From Lingula anatina (taxonomy: Eukaryota; Animalia; Brachiopoda): a stretch of DNA of 64,000 nt. Location: assembly GCA_051362555.1 (NCBI GenBank), contig CM120645.1:11160001-11224000 (forward strand), written 5' to 3'. Positions 14,805-27,192 of the stretch are shown here, one piece after another. The notes under the pieces are model-generated. The model was not told the DNA's origin, made no database searches, and saw nothing but the letters and a program-made list of their open reading frames with translations. Within the stretch, counting starts at the first letter, position 1; every line of letters begins with the position of its first letter. Both the position numbers and the translations under genes were made by a program.

Positions 14805-15474
14805 TTAGTGTGTATGCTTAATGCAAGTGACAATTTATTTGATTTTAGTGAATTAAAATTTTATTTCTTTTTACTAACAAAATATCCCTTTTATGTGTTC
14901 CTTACTTCTTTTTTCCCTTCGTAAGCGAATAAATAACCACACTTCAACAAAACTGAGAACAAAAGCTAAGCATATTACCCTTCAGCTACGCCAAGCTAAG
15001 AAATAGCGGGACTTTTAACGGTGCTTCGAAGCTTGCCTGTTTAAGAGATAGGCTATAATAGGTAATTATGGGTCTTCATCACATCTTCAAAACTTCCCCA
15101 GAGCAATGACAGCGTCACTGTCCCTGTCATTTAAAAGCGACAAATACAAAACATTTGTTCTCCACATTCAGTGAGTGGTGTTTAAAAATGTGTCAAACAA
15201 AACAAATCTCTCCTCGGTGTAAATTGTAGCGCTCGCACACCCTGGGGTTAGTTGTATTCATGTTGTATTTAAGGTTGACATTAAGGACCAGTTCAGTGAG
15301 GTTGTACTCCTTTTCCCGTTTGATATTTACGAGAAGCCAACTTCACTGTCCGTTTTGTTAATGACCAGCATCTGTGATGGACAGTTACAGTGACCAGCTG
15401 GCCGTCGCGGACGCCACAGCTTGATCTACTCCACTGGACAACCTTAAGAATCACTCACAACTGGGAATGTGACC

Positions 15475-15475
<1 letters not shown>

Positions 15476-15530
<55 letters not shown>
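15476..15530. repeat. (TAA)n microsatellite
   Basis: Read directly from the sequence. Confidence 0.95.
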
Positions 15531-17831
15531 TTTTACGTCTAAAACCCATCCATTTAAAATGTTCAGTAGACTTTACATAAAACAAGTTATTAAGAACACA
15601 ATTTGCCAAGACACGGAAAAATATATTAAGAACGATTAAGATTCTAGATAAAAACAGCCTAATATCTGTTCTATAATAACCAAAAAAAAAGTAAGAATAA
15701 CCTCAGCATGACGTAATGCATTTATATATAGAGAAATTATACTGACCAAGTCTGCAATAACACAAGTAATAGTGGTTTTAGTAATATTCTAAACTAAGCA
15801 GAATGGAGCCAAATGCACGAGCGACACAATCCCTCTGAAAGAGGAACACACAACACAACTGTCTCAACTACTGCAATAAAGTGATATCGGATTCATCTGC
15901 ATTTATTTACGCTTCTGCGCTATTTGAAAATGGCATTACATATAAAATTAATTTAAGAATACCGAATTCGAAGAAGAAAAAAAAAAAGCTGAAAGAGTAA
16001 ATCAACCAATATATTTTCTAAATATAAGCGTTTTCAAACTTCTCTAGAAACTGTCATAATTGTGGTGGTAAAATGGTCAGCTGTTTCTGTGGATACTAAT
16101 TTTTTTCATAAATCGCTATGGTGTAAAATGAAAACGGCCCTGCATTTACTCCTTTTTCTTAAGTCCCTATATAACGTCTTGGTGCCCTGCTTGGACTGTT
16201 CAAATCATCACGGAGTGCTTTTTTTTTTTAAAGATACATGTTATAATTTCCCTTCCTACATATAATAACCTGGATTAAGATGGGTGACTTACAAGTGCCA
16301 CGAAATGATAGCTGTGTGATAGACGTGTAAACGTCCCTAATGTAGTCTGTTTTACAAAGTACACAAAGCAAGCAATGTTTGATTGCCAATAATCTAGTGA
16401 TGATGCACCAATAGTGGGCCGAAGTTAGACTTCACATTTGTGCTGGGGCGGATCCAGGATTATTTGAAAGGGGGGGGGGGGTCCAAAGATGCGAAGTCGA
16501 CCCTCTCCCCCCTTGCATTGGCGTGGGGTTGGGGGGGGGGGGCGCTTAAGGGCCCTGAATTTTAGAGGGCGAACGATGCCATTTGGTACGGTTTAGAACT
16601 ATGATTCAGCTTGTCAAAAGTATAATTTCCAGCGGGGACCATTGGTGTGATCTTCTTTTTTTTTTTTAAATCAAGGGGGGGGGGGGGGGGTCAGGACCCC
16701 CCTGACCCCCCCCCCCCCCCCCCTCAAGATCTGCCACTGCAGTATATTATACAGTGCAGGTGCTTACATGAGTTGTTTGGGGGGGGGGGGGGGGGTAAAC
16801 GGTAGATCTAGACACTCGACACTAAGGAAAGGTTTGTTTAAATGTTTGCCCCTACCTCTGCCTTCAGTACATCGGGTCGGTCACTGTTACTTATAGGAAT
16901 TAACTTTCGACCATTCGATCTAGAAAATGCAACGATGTCACACATCAGCATTCTGAGACAAATCACTGACCTTGTCTACTTGAATAATACAACGTAAAAC
17001 CAAGGTTTCTATGTCCTTGGTAAAACCTCATAACAGCATTATAATCCACTGCACACGCAAGTTTATGATTTATGACAGAATACACGTAGTGCTTATTTTT
17101 AGACCTCTGTAAACTCATGATACTCTAAATTAAATGATATCTCAGTTTCATTATGACATTTAATGTGCTTCTTCCTGTTTCTTGTGTAACCCCCACATAT
17201 TTCCATCACTTCTGACTTACAGTATTTTCTTATCACATCATCCGTCCCACAAGAGCAGCACAAATATTCGCTTTCTATACCTGTCATGGTGTGTACACAT
17301 AAAAGTGCAGATATGCTAAAGTGCGTTGGCATAAAAATGACATTCTCTTCTAATTAATAAACCGGCCATTGTAGTTATATGAAAGTTACCACCCTAGCAG
17401 CAGCGCACTTTGTTAAATAAAGCGAAGGGTGCATTTTTTAAGACGAGTGACATCACATAAGTCGCTTCACCGCCCGTTCTATCTCAGTCCACGTGAACTC
17501 GTGTTTACTTGGAAACCATAGGAAATTAACAACGACAAACAGAAAAGGCGACAAGCACGCTGACCGCCTGACCTCGTGGGTTTATTTGTAAAGCTAGTCC
17601 CAATCTGCTAAGATTAAAGACGGAAGAATTTGAACAATAAATTCCTCTGCTATGAGGTTCATGAGGCACTGATGTCATAAAACCACCGTTCTCAGGTCTG
17701 TATGAGGGACGTCGCACCGGAGATTTCCTATGAAAAACTGTAAGAGGCGGTGATTGATACAGCAGACAGTCAAGTTTCATCAAGCAAAATATTCATCTGA
17801 TATTGTGAAAAGGTTTGAGACACTTCTTTAG

Positions 17832-17887
17832 ATGTCCGCAAGAAACGACGATGAAAAAAGAAACTCCCAATATGGCATTGGATGAAG
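17832..17887 (+). CDS. Single-pass membrane protein, coding exon 1 (probable ATG at 17851, MKKETPNMALDE)
   Basis: Acceptor cttctttag and donor G|GTAATG. The phase-1 end matches the next exon. An upstream coding exon cannot be excluded. Confidence 0.6.
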
Positions 17888-18242
17888 GTAATGATCTCTC
17901 TCTATCTCTCTCTCTTTGTGTGTATATATGTGTGTGTGCGTGCGTGTGCGCGCGCGTTCCCGAGTACGATTATCACATGTTGATGTCTTTCGTCGTCTCA
18001 GTACAGAAATGAGTTTGGCAGTATTAGCCTATATGTACCAGTGTTTGCTGAATGCTCGAGAATATGGCAGATATAAATCGCCAGATTCTTTCTTTGTCCG
18101 ACTTGAAGATAATTAGATGCCCTTTGCCATAGATGAAGCATCCTTAGAATGCTTTTTGATAAACTCTGAAACTGTTCATTCCTCTTTTCTATGACTTAAA
18201 GATTTTAAATGTACTAGTGAGTATTATTTTAAGTACATGTAA

Positions 18243-18466
18243 GGCTCTATTCCCACAACTTTAGATCGATCTATCACCGCGGGGAGTCTCACTAGATTAC
18301 TGTCAGATAATCCCCCTTAAGTGTCCGTCCCGGCCTACTACAAGCTGTAAGGGGTAATTAACTTTCGTGTCCGCCCGGCTGACAGCTATTTAGCGTGACA
18401 TTGCGTGAACCCCCAGGGAGTTAGGTCGATCTAAAATAGGACGATCTAATCTATGGAAATGGGGTG
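18243..18466. mobile_element. ~225-bp MITE family, copy 2
   Basis: Same interior as copy 1; TSD TAA. Confidence 0.75.
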
Positions 18467-18635
18467 TAAGTGTCGCTTTGCTGAGGAGCAAACCACTTTC
18501 ATTAAAATGAATAATGCGAGTTAACCGGACTTCTCTCGTAGCAAAACATATTGTTTTCATTATTAAAGACGATACGCCTACTCTAAATAAAAAGTCACTG
18601 GGCGGTAGTAAAGACAAAAAAACTTTATTATGCAG

Positions 18636-18795
18636 AATCGAAAGCAAACCTTACAAAGCCGGAAGTTGACTGTCCTGGCACGTGTGACCTGGACACCGGG
18701 GCAGTGGGGGCAGGTGTCGCTACTAGTGTCCTCTGTCTCGCTATCGTCGCAATATTTGCGTTACTTTGGTGGCGGCGGAGGGATTGTTTAAAGAG
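18636..18795 (+). CDS. Single-pass membrane protein, transmembrane exon
   Basis: Bounded by tatgcag| and AG|GTAAAA. Encodes ESKANLTKPEVDCPGTCDLDTGAVGAGVATSVLCLAIVAIFALLWWRRRDCLK, a hydrophobic helix followed by a basic stop-transfer signal. Confidence 0.8.
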
Positions 18796-19262
18796 GTAAA
18801 ATTCATATCATATGATTTGTTAGTCAGCTCCCATGTACTTAATTGTGACTACTTTTAAAATAATTAATTTTCGGAATACAATTACTGATAAATCGTCAAC
18901 GCATCTGAACATTGGGATGTTAATGTCCGATTTCTTTTATTATTTTAAGGAAAGTGAAATACCTTTTAATGATAATTGTTGAAAGCTGCTTAATATGGTG
19001 AAAGTAAAGTGAAATTTAAGTCATACAAACTTTATGACTTTGCTTCTTTTATTTTTATTTATTATTATTATTGCTTCTTAATACGTACTTTTCCTATCTT
19101 TAGAATTGAAAATGCAGAGTACGCTGCCTCATCGTTTTTCTCTTTTATTAATCATTAAGAAACTGAATCTTTACAGAATCATTTTAAATGTAATTTCACT
19201 ATGCAAATAGTTCTTTTAAAATCACTTCATCTAATTGTGCCTTTCCGGATGTTAAATTTCAG

Positions 19263-19317
19263 TTGTTTCAGAAGAATTCTGCCTACAGGGAGGAGAAATG
19301 CATCTACCGAGTTACCT
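19263..19317 (+). CDS. Single-pass membrane protein, juxtamembrane exon
   Basis: Bounded by tttcag| and |GTATGT. Encodes (S)CFRRILPTGRRNASTELP, phase 2 to 0, consistent with both neighbouring exons. Confidence 0.7.
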
Positions 19318-19863
19318 GTATGTATCGGGAAACAACAGATCTAAACGATCTTTAAAACATTTAACTATGCAAGGAGAGGAAATGAACATGAGTAACAATA
19401 GAAAATGAATAATAATAACAAGCATGAGTAAATAATCCGTATAACTGAGACCAGTTTCACTAAAGAACTGGAGTTATTATAACATTATACCTCTATTATA
19501 ACATTATACCTTTATTAATTTTGATTTCATTGGCTTCATTTACAACTTTCTCCACACAGCATAACTTATAAAATGAAAACTGTGGGTTGAGATTCACTTT
19601 CCTCTTCCCTCTGACTCCGCCTTTAAGGGTGTAAGGGCTCATGCTCAATCAAACTATCGGTCTTCATAGAATGATCCAACTCCGAGGGGACTTTCGATGA
19701 ATGCAATCAGTTTAACATATTTTTCTACTCAACGCCATGAGTTGAATAGTTTTTTTGGGAATGAGCCCTTGGTTTACATTGTATTTTTGATATTGCCCAA
19801 AATGCCTTTTGGGATGGAGTACACGAGCGAATGACTGTGACCTAAAATTTGTTATTTTTTCAG

Positions 19864-20520
19864 GATATTCCACACAGAGGGGACGGTAAAGGCCGTGAGG
19901 TGAGACTTCAGTCTGTTAAGGGACGACCAGCACAGACACCCATTTCAGCGCCCACTCAACCAAACGTGGGAGCCGTGGAAAAGGGTACACGTCATGGAAA
20001 CATACACGACAACACAAAACCAAATAAAGTGATGACAATAGTCCATATGCTGGAGGAAGGAATTACAACTAGTGACAATCGTGCAGCAAGCACGATATTG
20101 AGAGAAAACTCGCTATACACGCCAACAGACGGCGTTACATGCGCCTCAGAAATATCCACATTTCCCGCTCAGAGCGAGTCACGTGAGTGCAAAAAGGGCG
20201 GGGCACCTGTCCGTCAGACTGTTGAACCAATCAGTGACCAAGAAAATGAGCGTGAAAGTGACTGCTACGAGTACTCGTACGCGGGAAACCCAAGTCCGAC
20301 TATTTTTGGGGTTGTAAAACATTCTCCAAATACGGACCCAGACACCGCACAAACGAGCGAGTCAATATATTATTACAGTGACGTGTGCCAAATGACAACA
20401 GACCAGGCATTCTCTGGCGGCGATCGACAGATCTCTTGTGATGATTCTGAACCCTATTACCTTGAGCTTATTGGTAATTCCACTGACGGTAGAACGGACG
20501 CAGAACATATTTATGAATAA
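19864..20520 (+). CDS. Single-pass membrane protein, terminal exon encoding a disordered Tyr-motif cytoplasmic tail
   Basis: Longest ORF in the window. Acceptor ttttttcag. Contains the motifs CYEYSY, IYYYSDV, PYYLEL and C-terminal HIYE*. Confidence 0.8.
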   Translation, partial: DIPHRGDGKGREVRLQSVKGRPAQTPISAPTQPNVGAVEKGTRHGNIHDNTKPNKVMTIVHMLEEGITTSDNRAASTILRENSLYTPTDGVTCASEISTFPAQSESRECKKGGAPVRQTVEPISDQENERESDCYEYSYAGNPSPTIFGVVKHSPNTDPDTAQTSESIYYYSDVCQMTTDQAFSGGDRQISCDDSEPYYLELIGNSTDGRTDAEHIYE

Positions 20521-21191
20521 ATTTCACATAGGGAAAATTATTTTTTATTCAAACCGCATTTTTTCACAACGTTGCTTTGAGGAGCTGGTGATGTACTTTT
20601 CAATATATGACATGATTGCAACTGACGACCAGACAGTGAATTCTATTGCGCCCATTCTTATTTAGAATTGCAATCGCAATGTATTTATGGTGAAGGCATG
20701 GCGTCATTACGTCTGTTATGGTTAAAGGTCTGTCCACTTTAGAAAATGTCCCAAAGTCATATTTTCTTAATCAACACATCCATCATCCTTCTTTTGAACA
20801 AAATTATTTGATTTACAATAGTATGAAGAATGAATCCTGGTGCAGAGACAGGTCAAGCAAATCAGAAAAAAAAACTTTATTTTCAGGGAAATTTTGATTT
20901 GGCAGTTAATTCCAGATGGGACACTTTGAATACAATTCGTACAGTATAACATACTTCTCTAGTAATTGAGGAATTTCTTTACATCTGATCAACATATACT
21001 TGTGAGAGTTCCTTCAGCCTTTTTGCTTGACACTGTTAACAATGGGGTGCACACTGCCTCCAGCATAGAAAATAATTATCAACAGTTCAAGAGAATTTGC
21101 TTTAGCAAAGTATATGAAAACAGAATTGCTTGATTATTTTCATCAATTAATCACTAAATGAGCAAAAAGGTTCATTAGCTTGGTTGTTGGA

Positions 21192-21703
21192 TAAATATGA
21201 AAATTCTCAGACACAAGCCTAAAATTTTTCGTACCGTTAGCTTACGGCCAACCTGGTCGAAGGCCTTCATCAGACTGACGTGAGTAGTTGTTCACACTCA
21301 CTGACCGCTAGGTGGTATAGCGGCCAGGACCCTCTTATAAATGTGAGTGAACACAGGAAATCAGTGACTGTAGGCAATACCAGCTCTGCCATTTCTGAAT
21401 ATGTAATAGACACCGGCCACAGTATAGATTGGAATTCAACTAAGATTCTTGAATCTGAATCATCCGACATCCCGCGGAAAATACGAGAGGCTATCAACAT
21501 CAGCCGACACCAGGCACCCATGAATAGGGACCGGGGGGTTGATCTACCTGACATTTATAAGAGGGTCCTGGCCGCTATACCACCTAGCGGTCAGTGAGTG
21601 TGAACAACTACTCACGTCAGTCTGATGAAGGCCTTCGACCAGGTTGGCCGTAAGCTAACGGTACGAAAAATTTTAGGCTTGTGTCTGAGAATTTTCATAT
21701 TTA
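21192..21703 (+). mobile_element. Penelope-like element fragment (GIY-YIG C-terminus) with an inverted pseudo-LTR
   Basis: Encodes SEHRKSV..SAISEYVIDTGHSIDWNSTKILE..RKIREAINI..MNRDRG, a PLE endonuclease tail. Perfect 153-bp inverted arms at 21192-21344 and 21551-21703. Absent from the paralogous sites near 43850 and 54640. Confidence 0.9.
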
Positions 21704-21949
21704 ATTAATCACTAAGTTGATAAAATGTATTTATTTTCATAATAAATGCTAGTGAAAGGAAGGACTTCCGGTTTGTGAACCTTGGCTGCAAAGGCTGATG
21801 GTATTCAGTCAAAGTCAGACTTTTATGCCACATGCTGTGGACTCAGCAGGGTGTTTGCATTCAACACCATCTCGGCCAAGTAATACCACTAAACTGCACC
21901 ATTGGGAAGTCGAAATGGATCCTATCACACCTCTCATGTGGATAATTTC

Positions 21950-22640
21950 TCATATATTTTTATAAATCAGTTCATATTTTGGCACGTCCCTGGGGTCCAA
22001 GGGACTAGTCACCATCACTTTGCCCTTCATGGCCCCTCTGTATAATACCTCCACAACATCGATGAAGTCTTGTTTGGTCTTGAAGCTGCCGATGAACGTG
22101 GTATGATCTGGTGTGTCGAAAATAACAATGAATATTAACGGAAAGATTTAGATGCAAGTAACCTCATAAGCCACACATGTAAAAAAATATATTTTTACGT
22201 GACATTGGTTAGACAGCTCAGTCTAGGGTAGCCCTAGCATTTTTTTCAACTTAGCCAGATCACTACTTTTTCATCACTCTTTTCTGCAAATGGTTTGAAT
22301 TTGACTAAACCAAATAAAATAAATCCTATTTTATTTAGCCAATATAAGTCAGTTATAGCATTTATATCGGCGAGTGTTTCCCCTGCCCCAGCCAGTAAGA
22401 TTTTGTAACCCACTGTCTTTAGAAAAAGTCAGAATATATTATGATATGATTAGAAACCTTTCAACCCACTCAAATTCAGACCACTCACCCCCAGTCCACC
22501 TTCATGTGCTGTCCATTGAAGAAGAAAATGGTGGCAGGTATCAGAGTAATGTCAAAGTACTGCACATACACCGGGACCTCGTCCACTGCCACACAGTAGA
22601 TCACAGCCATTTTCCTCTTCTGCTCTGCAGTCTTTGATAG
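21950..22640 (-). pseudogene. TXNL4B: TXNL4B (Dim2) partial copy 1: exons 22640-22489 and 22115-21950, with the last acceptor mutated
   Basis: [51 protein letters not shown] / [32 protein letters not shown]...YKNI* matches TXNL4B. The acceptor reads ttttcGA instead of ttttcAG. No first coding exon was found. Confidence 0.85.
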
Positions 22641-22724
22641 CTGCAAGACAGAAGAAAGGCATCATTTTATTTTCTATAACTTTATTCATGTGTTGAATAG
22701 CACAGTTCTATATATTATACAAGA

Positions 22725-23133
22725 TTAGAAAAGCACTCCGGGAGCGCAGACATCCGACAAGGCAGCAAAGTCTTCACCCAATGCCGTTTCACCCCTAAAT
22801 TTTCATTCTATAATGATTTATTTTTTTGATTTTGATTATTGACTATTGATTGATTATTATTGATCCGGATCATCACCAAAAACCAATCATCTGTTCCTTG
22901 GCCCACTTTGACAGTTCCTGAAAATTTCATCAAAATCGGTCCATAGCTTAGTTTTTTAATTTTTGATTATTGATTGATTATTGCTCCAGATCACCACCAA
23001 AAACTAATCACTTCTACGTTAACCCATTTCTGACCTACCCTGAAAATTCCATCAAAATTCATCCTTAACTTTTTTAATTATGTTGATGACAAACAAACAG
23101 GGGTGAAAACATAACCTCCTTGGCGGAGGTAAT
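22725..23133 (-). mobile_element. Helentron-associated (HINE/DINE-like) non-autonomous element
   Basis: The minus strand begins TTATTACCTCCGCCAAGGAGGTTATG and contains internal tandem repeats. No TSD. Absent at the paralogous sites near 44910 and 55712. Confidence 0.6.
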
Positions 23134-23327
23134 AAAATGAACATTGATAAATGAATATGGAAATGAAATACAGAACTCAAATAAGGTTAAGTAATACATC
23201 TCAGGATAATTAACTTAAACTGCGGGCATGCTGAAAAGCACTCTATTCAATGAAATGTGACAGTCACTTATTCTATGATGGTCTTCCCACCTTCATATGT
23301 GCCGTCGCTGCAGTGGCCTAGCTTTTA

Positions 23328-23553
23328 GGGTGCATTCTCAGAGATTTAGATCGATCCAGAGATTTAGATTTAGATCGACCTAACTCCCTGGGCGTTCACG
23401 CTAAATTGCAGTCAGCCGAGCGTGCACCATAATTGATTACCCCCCTTACAGCTTTTAGTAGGCGGGACAGACGCTAAAGCTGGCTAAGCTGACAGTAATC
23501 TAGTGAGACTCCCCACAGCGATAGATCGATCTAAAATCTATGGGAATGGGGTC
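23328..23553. mobile_element. ~225-bp MITE family, copy 3 (inverted)
   Basis: Reverse complement of copy 1; TSD TTA. The empty paralogous site is near 51885. Confidence 0.85.
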
Positions 23554-25459
23554 TTATACATTGGAGCTGAGAAACAAGGTTATAAGATACATTTCAGGAA
23601 ATATATCTTTAAACTGCGGGCATGCTGAAATGAACTCTATTTGTCAAATGGATAGTGTAAGCTTAATGCTGAAAAAAAAAAAAATAAAAAAAAATTAAAA
23701 TCCAAAACCTTTCAAGGTAAATTGCGATCAACAAGGAGACATATATGCAAATGAACATGCCTGTTATTGGATGATTTCTCACGTGGCCCTCTGTTAATAG
23801 GCACACTGCAACACTGAAACAGCATTGAGTGAAACAGCCTTGCTACTGGGAGGTTTCATTGCCTGATCAGACAAGGTAAGTTTTTTTCACGACCCTAGCA
23901 TAGTATTAAATCAGGCCTTATAAACAGTTATGCTTTTGCTAACTTGAGCCTTAGAACACAAAGGCACGCCCCCTTTGAGTACTTATAAGTAAATGTAAAC
24001 AAAAAATCTTCCGTAGAGAACTATCCTTTTGTTCAACAGCTTCGCGCGTGCAGTGGATTATGTATATAGTGACACCAGCTAACTGCAGTTAAAGCTGTAA
24101 AAGCTGTTATTTGATTCATTCTGCTGTGTCGGACGTTGTGAACCAGCCCAATGGTTCATTCACTCATTCGTTTCTGAAGATTGGTGATGCAGATTTTCAG
24201 TGCTTAATTATTTACCCTCCTTCTTACAAGAGAAAGAAAAAGGGAGAGAAACAGAGAGAGTGTAAAAAATGGGTAAATGAGTAATACAATACATTAATTA
24301 AAGGGACTCGCTGTGGAAGAAACGATAGACTGTTTTGCATCAAGGTGATGGCCTATAACAGTAGGGATTATACTTTAAATACAGACTCATTAGCCATGAC
24401 GCAAAGCCACCAGAGTAACTGTTTAAATTTCAAAACATTCTATTTCGTTTTCTTCCTGATGTTTTTTTTATTATCAGTGGAAAGCTTTTCCATGTTCAAC
24501 TTCTCAAACGTGTACGTATACTATTCTGGACTATTTTATTTTATCCAACTACACATACAAATACCACTAACTGGCCCCCGCCCCCATAAACAAACACACC
24601 CCTCCTTGCTTATATTTTGCCGTTTCGCGTCACTTGTTGCACACGCTGAAGACCTAAGGCAAGTATGATACCATTCATTGTACGATAATTTAAGCTAGCC
24701 TTCACATTTTAACAGACAAAATTCTTCAGACCTTTCAACACTACCGGTCTCCTCGAGAATCTCCCCATTTAGGGACATATCTCCAGATTCCCCCGATTCA
24801 GCAAAAACACCCCCTGATTTATCAAACTAGAACGCGTTGCGAAAAAAGTGTCGCTAGATCTTGTAAACACTCAGCGAAATGCACCTAGTGACTACAGTGT
24901 ATATTCAATATGCCGTCACTTAATTGCTTTCTCGGTTTCATGAATTGACGATAGTAATTGCAGTAAAAAAAGGAGGAGGAAATGTGAAGACAAAACAACG
25001 TCGGGTCTTTGTGTGACTTTCTCCCTAAACACTTTCTATGTTGCTGTCAGAGAAAAAGGAACCGAGATAGCGATCATTTAAACCACCGCTGCTGCTTTTA
25101 CAGGTAGACTTCCTCGTTTATCATTTAAATGCCCCCCTCCCCCAGCAGACCCAACTGGAGGAATGTCATAGTAACTACAGTGCACTGTATATCAAACTTA
25201 TGTCCAAGTTATGAATGGTTTAAGCACAAAACGATAATTTGAGGGTATTTTTTCATTCAAGGCAAAATTCAGTATCTATGATGTGTGGGACTTTGTAGGG
25301 ACTTTACAAAGCTTTACGTGTACTTTAATATATTCCAGTAACATGTAAGGTTAGGCTAGCGACGTAATTGTACCTCAACCTGAGGTATCCCCGATGAAAG
25401 CACCAGGATGAACGTTGAAAAGCGGAGTACAATAATTAAATTTTTATGTACAGACACAG

Positions 25460-25463
25460 ATGT

Positions 25464-25507
<44 letters not shown>

Positions 25508-25514
25508 AAGAGAG
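25460..25514. repeat. (TG)n(AG)n compound microsatellite
   Basis: Read directly from the sequence. Confidence 0.95.
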
Positions 25515-25877
25515 ATGTAATATTTTATGAAAATTTAATTTATTTTTATTCTGGCATTTTCATTGTTAATTCTTATGAGCCTGAAGCCATATGCTAATTT
25601 TGTATTCTTCATCACCATATTACCTCTTGTGTATATCTAAATTTTGGTGTTGATTTTGCTGTACAGCCTTAATAATACGTAAAAATTGACAATTTGAAAT
25701 TAACTTATTTTGTGCATCAATTTTTGGCATTTATGTCTGTACATATGTAAGCTTTGTTGCCCTGTTCCATCTTTCAATGATTTAAAGATATCTTATTGTT
25801 GCTGAAGAAATTGGAGCAATTTGTTCATATTTTGTTTCATTTATAGCATTGTAAGCTACAAAGACAACAAATCATTG

Positions 25878-25941
25878 ATGGGATTGTTGCCGCTCCTTTT
25901 TCTGGTATTGATGGTGTGTGTCTCGGTCATTGACTCACAAG
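25878..25941 (+). CDS. Secreted EGF-repeat protein, signal-peptide exon
   Basis: Encodes MGLLPLLFLVLMVCVSVIDSQ followed by G|GTAAGT (phase 1). An acceptor ttatag at 25846 implies an upstream 5'UTR exon. Confidence 0.85.
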
Positions 25942-26319
25942 GTAAGTAGAGAGGCCAGACTGACGAATGACAGAGAAGAATATATTTGGAAGGAGTACAC
26001 TTAACTAGTGTAACAATCGACATACAATGTTCAACATAGGGATGCTAATAGTTTATAAGAAAATACAGGGTCAAAGATAGTAAAATGACCGTTTAATTAT
26101 CTAAATACATATTTGTGAATATCCTGTGAAAAGTCAAGCTGTGGCCCTGGTAGAGGGTAGGGAGACAACATGGGTTGGGACTAACCCATGTGTACTGCCA
26201 GGGCCTATAAACTGGTGGTGCAATTAATTCAAATACTCAAATTCTATACACATAAGCTACAAATGTAAACTGAAAGAGCATGCGTAACATGCAATTGTTT
26301 TTGCTAATTTTAGTTTTAG

Positions 26320-26430
26320 GCTCCTGCAACCCTAACCCTTGCCTCAATGGTGGGACTTGCACAATGTTAACTGAACATGCTTTCCAATGCACCTGTACCA
26401 ATCAATATTCTGGAGAATTTTGCACTGAAG
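26320..26430 (+). CDS. EGF exon A1 (canonical EGF)
   Basis: SCNPNPCLNGGTCTMLTEHAFQCTCTNQYSGEFCTE; phase 1-1, AG/GT, 111 bp. Confidence 0.9.
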
Positions 26431-26668
26431 GTAAAATTATAAAGACTATAACAGAAAATGGTTCAGAGTTTATATGCAGAAAAAAGTAATAAAAATAGAA
26501 TGTTACATTATTTCCTAATTTGCCTTTTTAAAAATGTGAAAATGAACTTTGTGACCTGTTATAATAAAATGCTGGCACATAAATATACAATAGAGTGAAC
26601 TGGAAGTGATAATAATTTCTTCACCTTAATATGAAGTCAAATCTTTGCAACTAAACCTGCACATCAAT

Positions 26669-26970
26669 GGACCAGATGGCCTTGTGGTCAAGGTGCCCGT
26701 CTCCAGAACGGGAGGACGTGGGTTCGACCCTGTACTAGGACATACCAGTCCTTTCTAAATGGTACCCGCTGTTTCTTTTTGCTTGGCACTCGGCACTCAG
26801 CTAAGTAGGGGTTGAGACGGGTAATTTCCAGATGTGACAGTGAGAGACATTGTGCCTGTATTAGTTCCGAGCACCTAATAGGGCAGTCGGACTCTTTTCC
26901 CAGGGAGGCAAGAGCATCTCCACCCAGTGTGTATATTGACCAGGTGCCCATTATATATCCATTATTATAT
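26669..26970 (+). mobile_element. tRNA-derived SINE (paralogous copies at 27868-28160 and 31814-32047+35374-35440; remnants near 41150 and 47160)
   Basis: A box TGGCCTTGTGG, B box GGTTCGACCC, anticodon arm CCCGT-CTCCAGA-ACGGG and an AT-rich tail. No proper acceptor stem. Confidence 0.75.
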
Positions 26971-27192
26971 ATTTCTTCACGTCCATGATACTGGGTAACA
27001 TCATTGGGACGTGGGCAACATGGCGTTGATTTTGGGAGCACACTTAGAATGTGCATTATATTGTGTCTTATATTGACCATCTTTGTTTTCATTTCAATCA
27101 CACTTAAGCCATAATAACATGAATGATGATAATAGAATGGGACATGTCTTGACCATGTTCCAATTTTACATTTTTTAAAAAATTGTTTTCAG

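Noticed and set aside
16440-16800. Poly-G/poly-C tracts as functional G-quadruplexes
   Set aside because: They are part of a common short repeat (related pieces at ~53350, ~58600 and ~59250), and homopolymer lengths are unreliable.
23750-23885. Possible C/D snoRNA or conserved exon repeated four times (also ~45120, ~52540, ~56140)
   Set aside because: There is no consistent RTGATGA box or terminal stem, and the conservation is explained by the segmental duplication.
26669-26740. Functional tRNA-Trp gene
   Set aside because: The acceptor stem does not pair, and the sequence continues into a repeated body with an AT-rich tail, which indicates a SINE.
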